Assembly: GCA_964405725.1 (NCBI GenBank)
Contig: CAYOOY010000003.1
Coordinates: 1-38,756, forward strand
Reading direction: 5' to 3'
DNA: 38,756 nt
Origin: an uncultured Methanosarcinales archaeon
Lineage (GTDB): Archaea > Nanobdellota > Nanobdellia > Woesearchaeales > GW2011-AR9
This document shows, piece by piece, positions 33,811 to 38,756 of this stretch. The notes beneath the pieces are model-generated. The model had not been told where the DNA came from. It ran no database searches and saw only the letters and a program-made list of their open reading frames with translations. Position 1 is the stretch's first letter, and the number at the start of each line of letters is the position of its first letter. The position numbers were made by a program, and so were the translations under genes.

Positions 33811-35511
33811 ATGAAACAATGCACCACATGTACATTACCCGAAACCCACGAAACGATTACGTTTAATGAGCAAGGTTCTTGTAACGTTTGCCAAGGACAA
33901 AAGCATAAACACGAAATAATTGATTGGGATCTTAAAAAAGAAGAATTAAAAGAACTTATTGAAAAATATCGTGGATCTGGAGAATATGATTGTTTAATCC
34001 CATTTAGTGGAGGAAAAGACTCAACATTCACTGCATACTATCTTATCAAAGAATTCAATTTAAAACCATTAATTGTTTGTTTTGATCACGGATTTCTTCG
34101 TCCAAAAATAATCCAATATAGAATCAAAACACTCAAAAAATTAGGAGCAGATTTTCATCAATTTACACCAAATTATCATGTAATCAAAAAGCTAATGCTT
34201 GAATCCCTAAAGCGAAAGGGAGATTTTTGTTGGCATTGTCACACGGGAATTTTTGCATATCCAATGCAAGTTGCAGTTAAATATAATATTCCTCTTATTT
34301 TTTGGGGAGAGAGAAGTAGTGAATACACTGCATATTACAGTTATGATAATCCAGAAGAAGTGGATGAAAAACGATTTAACAGATATATCAATTTGGGAAT
34401 AAATGCTGAAGATATGGTAGGGTTTCTTGATGAGTCTGTTACTATGCGAGATTTGGCACCTTTCAAATATCCTGCGCTAAAAGATTTGAAAAGTATTAAT
34501 TACAGATCTGTATGTCTTGGAAGTTATATTAGGTGGGATACCAAAAAACAATCAGAACTAATAAAGAAAGAATTAGATTGGAACGGGGACCAAGTAGAAG
34601 GGGTTCCTCCAGAATATTTCTATGAAAAGATTGAATGTATGCTGCAAGGAGTTCGTGATTGGTGTAAATATATCAAAAGAGGATATTCTCGTATGACTCA
34701 TTTATCAAGTATTGCGATCCGCAATGGACGATTAAGCCGGGAACAGGCACTTGAAATGATTAAAGAATATGAAGGAAAAAGACCAAAAAGTCTAGATTAT
34801 TTTTTAGAATTTATGGATATGAGCGAAGAAGAATTTATGCAAATCATTTTGCAGCATCAAATTAGCCCATATGTATTTGATTCAAGTTCAGTTACAGATG
34901 GAAAAAAATTATGGGATCATGATAAATGGGATAGAACAAAGGTTGATAACAAGATTTCAAAAAGAGATGAAATCATTAAAGGAAATCGGGTATATCTTCG
35001 TGAATTGTGTACTAATGATGCATCAGAAAAATATGCTAATTGGTTAAATGACCCAATAGTAAATCAATATCTTGAAACACGAAGTTCTACAATAGAAGAA
35101 ATTGAAGAGTATATCAAATCAAAAACAAGTGACCCAAATTCTCTTTTTGTTGGAATTTTTGATATTAATACAAAAAATCACATTGGAAATATGAAATTCG
35201 AGCCAATTAATTGGTCTACAAAAGAAGCAACAATTGGTATATTAATTGGAGATAAAAATTACTGGGGGAAAGGGATAGCTACAGAAGCAACTCATTTGTT
35301 TATCAAACACGCATTTGAAATGTTAGGATTAAAAAAAATAAAGTTAGGCGTAGATGCACGAAACAAGGCAGCTATTCGAGTATATGAAAAATTGGGATTC
35401 AAACAAACTGGTTTTTTTCCAAACACAAAGAACAATAGTGGGATAGTATTTGATAACATCAAAATGAAACTTGAAAAAGAAAATATCAAAGGAGAAATTC
35501 ACCTAACATGA
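33811..35511 (+). CDS. N-acetyl sugar amidotransferase (WbuX/WbpG/PseA-like PP-loop enzyme) fused to a C-terminal GNAT acetyltransferase
   Basis: 566 aa.
- aa 1-~375: CTTCTLPET...CNVC zinc-ribbon, PP-loop IPFSGGKDSTF, CWHCHTG.
- aa ~385-566: RimJ/RimL-like GNAT (VYLRELCTNDASEKYANWLNDP, YWGKGIATEA, NKAAIRVYEKLGF). Confidence 0.75.
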   Translation: MKQCTTCTLPETHETITFNEQGSCNVCQGQKHKHEIIDWDLKKEELKELIEKYRGSGEYDCLIPFSGGKDSTFTAYYLIKEFNLKPLIVCFDHGFLRPKIIQYRIKTLKKLGADFHQFTPNYHVIKKLMLESLKRKGDFCWHCHTGIFAYPMQVAVKYNIPLIFWGERSSEYTAYYSYDNPEEVDEKRFNRYINLGINAEDMVGFLDESVTMRDLAPFKYPALKDLKSINYRSVCLGSYIRWDTKKQSELIKKELDWNGDQVEGVPPEYFYEKIECMLQGVRDWCKYIKRGYSRMTHLSSIAIRNGRLSREQALEMIKEYEGKRPKSLDYFLEFMDMSEEEFMQIILQHQISPYVFDSSSVTDGKKLWDHDKWDRTKVDNKISKRDEIIKGNRVYLRELCTNDASEKYANWLNDPIVNQYLETRSSTIEEIEEYIKSKTSDPNSLFVGIFDINTKNHIGNMKFEPINWSTKEATIGILIGDKNYWGKGIATEATHLFIKHAFEMLGLKKIKLGVDARNKAAIRVYEKLGFKQTGFFPNTKNNSGIVFDNIKMKLEKENIKGEIHLT

Positions 35512-36374
35512 AGCTAGCATTAGGCACAGTACAATTTGGGTTAGATTATGGGATTAATAATAGTAAAGGCAAACCTCCTAAAGAAGAAGTAGCCAAGATT
35601 CTTAGATTTGCTAAACAAAGGGGTATTACTATACTCGATACAGCTAGCGCCTACGGAAATAGCCAACAAGTAATAGGAGAAGTGGCAGACAAAGACGCAT
35701 TTAATATCGTAACAAAGCTTGGTAAAGAAAATGTCAATTCGATGAAAAATGATTTTCTTGAATCGTTAAAACATTTGCAAACTTCGAGCGTATACGCATG
35801 CTTATTTCATCATTTTGAATCATTTAAAGAAAATCCGAATGTATGGCAAGAGATGATCCATCTAAAACAACAAGGATTAACAAAAAAAATAGGATTCTCT
35901 CTTTATTCACCCGATGAGTTGGAATATTTATATTCACACAATATTAATTTTGATATTATTCAAATACCATTTAGTATATTTGATCAGCGTTTTTCATCTT
36001 ATTTGGAAGGACTGCAAAATAGAGGCGTGGAAGTGCATGTTCGATCCGTGTTTTTGCAAGGGTTGTTTTTCAAGACACAAAACAACCTGCATCCTCATTT
36101 TAACAGCATTCAAGATAAAATTGAGAAATTACACTCTCTTAGTACAAAAGAAAATATTCCCATTTCTTCTTTGTGTATTCACTTTGCATTACAACATCAT
36201 AATATTAATAAAGTTGTAATTGGTGTGGATTCTGTTGAAAATCTGCAAGAAAATGTTGAAGCAATAACTCATGCAGATGAACAAAAAATACAAAAGATAT
36301 GTGCACAATTGGCCAACCTTCGGTGTGAAGATGAAAAAATAATCTTACCAACACATTGGCCTCCTCGTTCATAA
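35508..36374 (+). CDS. Aldo/keto reductase family oxidoreductase
   Basis: 288 aa. LGTVQFGLDYG, ILDTASAYGNSQ, IGFSLY, VRSVFLQGL. The start overlaps the preceding stop (ATGA). Confidence 0.75.
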   Translation: MKLALGTVQFGLDYGINNSKGKPPKEEVAKILRFAKQRGITILDTASAYGNSQQVIGEVADKDAFNIVTKLGKENVNSMKNDFLESLKHLQTSSVYACLFHHFESFKENPNVWQEMIHLKQQGLTKKIGFSLYSPDELEYLYSHNINFDIIQIPFSIFDQRFSSYLEGLQNRGVEVHVRSVFLQGLFFKTQNNLHPHFNSIQDKIEKLHSLSTKENIPISSLCIHFALQHHNINKVVIGVDSVENLQENVEAITHADEQKIQKICAQLANLRCEDEKIILPTHWPPRS

Positions 36375-36425
36375 ATTATTTTTAATTTCGTGAACAGCAC
36401 ATACGAACAAATTGGAGATGAAAAT

Positions 36426-38564
36426 ATGACAACTGTAGTAATAATTCAAGCACGCATGGGATCTACAAGATTCCCAGGAAAAATGACCCAATTAGTAGCA
36501 GGGGTCCCTTTAATCGAATATCTTATTCAACGTATCAAAAAAGCAAAAAGGGTTGACAAAATTGTACTTGCAACTGGGTCTGGCGAAGAAAATCAAATTC
36601 TACTCCAATTTGCAGCAAAAAATCAAATTATTGGTTTTGCAGGATCGGAAAATGACGTACTCGACAGATATTATCAAGCTGCAAAATTGGCAGGAGCAAC
36701 TACGGTTGCTCGCGTAACTGGGGATTGTCCATTTTTTGATCCAGTTTTATTTGATACATTAGCAGATGAATTTCATAGTAAAGATGTTGATTATATATCG
36801 AATGTTCATCCACCCACATTCCCAGATGGATATGACATGGAACTATTTAGATTCTCAGCTCTAGAAAAAGCATGGCAAGAAGCAACTCTTCCTTCTGAAA
36901 GAGAACATGTAACTCCTTTCATTTGGAAAAATAAAGAAATGTTTACCCATGCTAACATGTCTTATTCTGAAGATCTTTCAAAATTAAGAGTAACTATTGA
37001 TGAACCAGAAGATTTAGAATTTGTAAATAAAGTGATTGAACTTTTGAATAGTGATGAACATTATTTAGCTGATGTAATTCGCGTTATTCGAGAAAATCCA
37101 GAGATTACTAAGATCAATAATCAATTTAAGAGAAATGAAGGATACGCGAAATCTCTTCTAGAAGACGAAAAAGAAGTAACAAAGGAAGCCATTACGCAAA
37201 ATCCAGTTCAAGAAAATGTAAATGAAGTGGGTCCAAAGCAAGCCGTCACTCATTCTTCTATTGAAGTAAATCCAAAGTGGAAACAAAGCACTAAGACTCT
37301 TGCTATTGCTAAACAACTTATACCAAGTGCAGCGCAAACGTATAGTAAAAGTTATTTTTATTTTACAGAAGGAGCGGCACCAGCATTTTTAGATAGAGGA
37401 AACGGTGCATATGTGTGGGACGTTGATGGTAACAAATTTACAGATTTTATTCTAGGCCTAGGGCCAGTAACACTTGGATATAATGATGCGCATGTGAATC
37501 AAGCAATCATTGAACAACTCTCTAAAGGAATGTCATTCACGCTTCCTATAGAATTGGAAGTAGAACTAGCACAAAAACTAGTTGACTTAATTCCTTGCGC
37601 TGAGATGGTAAAATTTGTTAAAAATGGATCAGACGCAACAGCTGCAGCCATCAGGTTAGCAAGAGGATATACCAATAGAGAAATAGTTCTTTGTTCGGGA
37701 TATCATGGGTACCAAGAATGGTATGTTGGAACTACCGATAATGATAAAGGAGTTCCTGTTGGTGTTAAGAATCTTACAAAGAAATTTGATTACAATGATA
37801 TCGAATCGGTTCAAAAACTATTTGAAACTTATCAAAATCAAGTCGCAGCTGTGATTTTAGAGCCAGTTCAATCAGAGGAACCAAAAGATAATTTTTTACA
37901 CAAACTACGAGCATTATGTGACCAACATGGCGCTGTATTAATTTTTGACGAAGTAGTCACCGGATTTCGCATGGCGATTGGTGGCGCACAAGAGGTGTAC
38001 AACGTCACACCAGATCTTGCTTCATTTGGAAAAGGAATGGCTAATGGTGCTGCACTTTCATTAGTATGCGGAAAAAGAGATATTATGAAACTCATCGATG
38101 AGGGGGTATTTATTTCAACTACATTTGGTGGTGAAGGTACTGCACTTGCTGCAAGCCTCAAAACAATTGAAATTCTTCAAATTCCGGGGAATATGGAATA
38201 CATTCTGAATCTTGGAAATACGTTTCTTAATGGAGTTACATCTCTAATTGAACAACATCAATTGAAAGAAGTTGCGAGTACCTATGGTGCATCTCCTCAC
38301 TGTGGAGCAACATTCAAAGATGTTGGATCAATTTCGAGTAAAGAATTGTTAACATTATTCCAGCAAGAACATCTTGAACGTGGGATTTTATCATTAGGTG
38401 TAAACAATTTTTGCCTTGCGCACACAATGGAAGATGTTAATGCCTGCCTTGCAGCAGTTGATGCCGCATTTGCTAAAATTAAAACGGCAATTGAAGTTGG
38501 ATCTGTTAAAGGTATGTTACATGGAGAATTGATACGGCCTATATTTGGCAGAAGAAAGGAGTAA
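36426..38564 (+). CDS. SpsF-like cytidylyltransferase-fold domain fused to a class-III (glutamate-1-semialdehyde aminomutase-like) PLP aminotransferase
   Basis: The start is set at ATG 36426 (MTTVVIIQARMGSTRFPGKM), which has GGAG 8 nt upstream; the ORF track begins at GTG 36390. The N-terminal ~240 aa are SpsF-like (RVTGDCPF, PDGYDMELF). The C-terminal ~420 aa are aminotransferase class III (GPVTLGY, NGSDA, FDEVVTGFR, SFGKGMANG with the PLP lysine). Confidence 0.75.
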   Translation: MTTVVIIQARMGSTRFPGKMTQLVAGVPLIEYLIQRIKKAKRVDKIVLATGSGEENQILLQFAAKNQIIGFAGSENDVLDRYYQAAKLAGATTVARVTGDCPFFDPVLFDTLADEFHSKDVDYISNVHPPTFPDGYDMELFRFSALEKAWQEATLPSEREHVTPFIWKNKEMFTHANMSYSEDLSKLRVTIDEPEDLEFVNKVIELLNSDEHYLADVIRVIRENPEITKINNQFKRNEGYAKSLLEDEKEVTKEAITQNPVQENVNEVGPKQAVTHSSIEVNPKWKQSTKTLAIAKQLIPSAAQTYSKSYFYFTEGAAPAFLDRGNGAYVWDVDGNKFTDFILGLGPVTLGYNDAHVNQAIIEQLSKGMSFTLPIELEVELAQKLVDLIPCAEMVKFVKNGSDATAAAIRLARGYTNREIVLCSGYHGYQEWYVGTTDNDKGVPVGVKNLTKKFDYNDIESVQKLFETYQNQVAAVILEPVQSEEPKDNFLHKLRALCDQHGAVLIFDEVVTGFRMAIGGAQEVYNVTPDLASFGKGMANGAALSLVCGKRDIMKLIDEGVFISTTFGGEGTALAASLKTIEILQIPGNMEYILNLGNTFLNGVTSLIEQHQLKEVASTYGASPHCGATFKDVGSISSKELLTLFQQEHLERGILSLGVNNFCLAHTMEDVNACLAAVDAAFAKIKTAIEVGSVKGMLHGELIRPIFGRRKE

Positions 38565-38570
38565 TAAGAG

Positions 38571-38756
38571 ATGCACGAATTTTCGCTTAAGACTCCATCT
38601 GGCACACGATATATTGGACCAAACCATCCAACATTTATCATTGCCGAAATGTCCGGTAATCACCAACATAGTTTTGATCGAGCTCTTAAATTAATTGATG
38701 TAGCTCACAATGCAGGCGTGGACGCAATAAAGATTCAAACGTATACGGCCGATACG
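38571..38756 (+). CDS. neuB: Nonulosonic acid synthase (NeuB/PseI/SpsE family), 5' part; continues beyond the window end
   Basis: Manual translation gives MHEFSLKTPSGTRYIGPNHPTFIIAEMSGNHQHSFDRALKLIDVAHNAGVDAIKIQTYTADT. The motifs IIAE.S.NH, A..aGadAvK.Q.y are the NeuB-family N-terminus. AGGAG lies upstream. Confidence 0.8.
   Translation, partial: MHEFSLKTPSGTRYIGPNHPTFIIAEMSGNHQHSFDRALKLIDVAHNAGVDAIKIQTYTADT

Noticed and set aside
1-38756. CRISPR arrays, transposases or integrases, prophage genes, toxin-antitoxin pairs, tRNA or rRNA genes
   Set aside because: I scanned the intergenic regions and all ORF translations. No regularly spaced repeats, no DDE/serine/tyrosine recombinase motifs and no cloverleaf-like GC-rich segments were recognised. 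Intergenic spacers are mostly under 120 nt.

Overview
This is a low-GC, very gene-dense segment of an archaeal chromosome. The archaeal markers are ribosomal protein uL3, Nop5, fibrillarin, RFC small subunit, RNase P RNA, Sec61beta/SecG, NAC, SecDF and a MinD-type ATPase. The small proteins, tight packing and AT-rich codons suggest a small-genome DPANN-like archaeon, but that is inference only.

Layout:
- 1-18.3 kb: housekeeping, envelope and transport genes. These include the rpl3 5' end, a nop5-nudix-flpA operon, ferredoxin, two tandem paralogous lipobox proteins, an SGNH hydrolase, rfcS, MscS, an NhaP-type antiporter, a PRC-barrel protein, TraB, RNase P RNA, secG, nac, minD, a paired small DMT transporter and secF-secD.
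- 18.4-20.5 kb: a GT2-DUF2304-GT4 cassette.
- 21.8-24.2 kb: an unusual 781-aa fusion of a pore-less S1-S4 voltage-sensor-like domain, an APC amino-acid permease and an unassigned C-terminal domain.
- 24.2-26.1 kb: a translationally coupled pair, an HD-domain protein plus an unknown 306-aa protein.
- 26.2-38.8 kb: a plus-strand surface-glycan island.

The island starts with a bacterial-type ADP-heptose module: HldE, HldD and a GT9 heptosyltransferase. It has no recognisable GmhA or GmhB. In their place is an 874-aa tri-domain protein (DUF89 phosphatase, a second RfaE-II nucleotidyltransferase, and a type-I PMI-like cupin). I propose this protein supplies the missing isomerase and phosphatase steps. 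The island continues with an acetamidino/nonulosonic-acid module: HisH/HisF-like proteins, a WbuX/PseA-like amidotransferase fused to a GNAT, an aldo-keto reductase, an SpsF-like domain fused to a class-III aminotransferase, and a NeuB/PseI 5' end.

I recognised no CRISPR array, transposase, integrase, tRNA or rRNA. All assignments come from motif recognition by eye; no database search was run.
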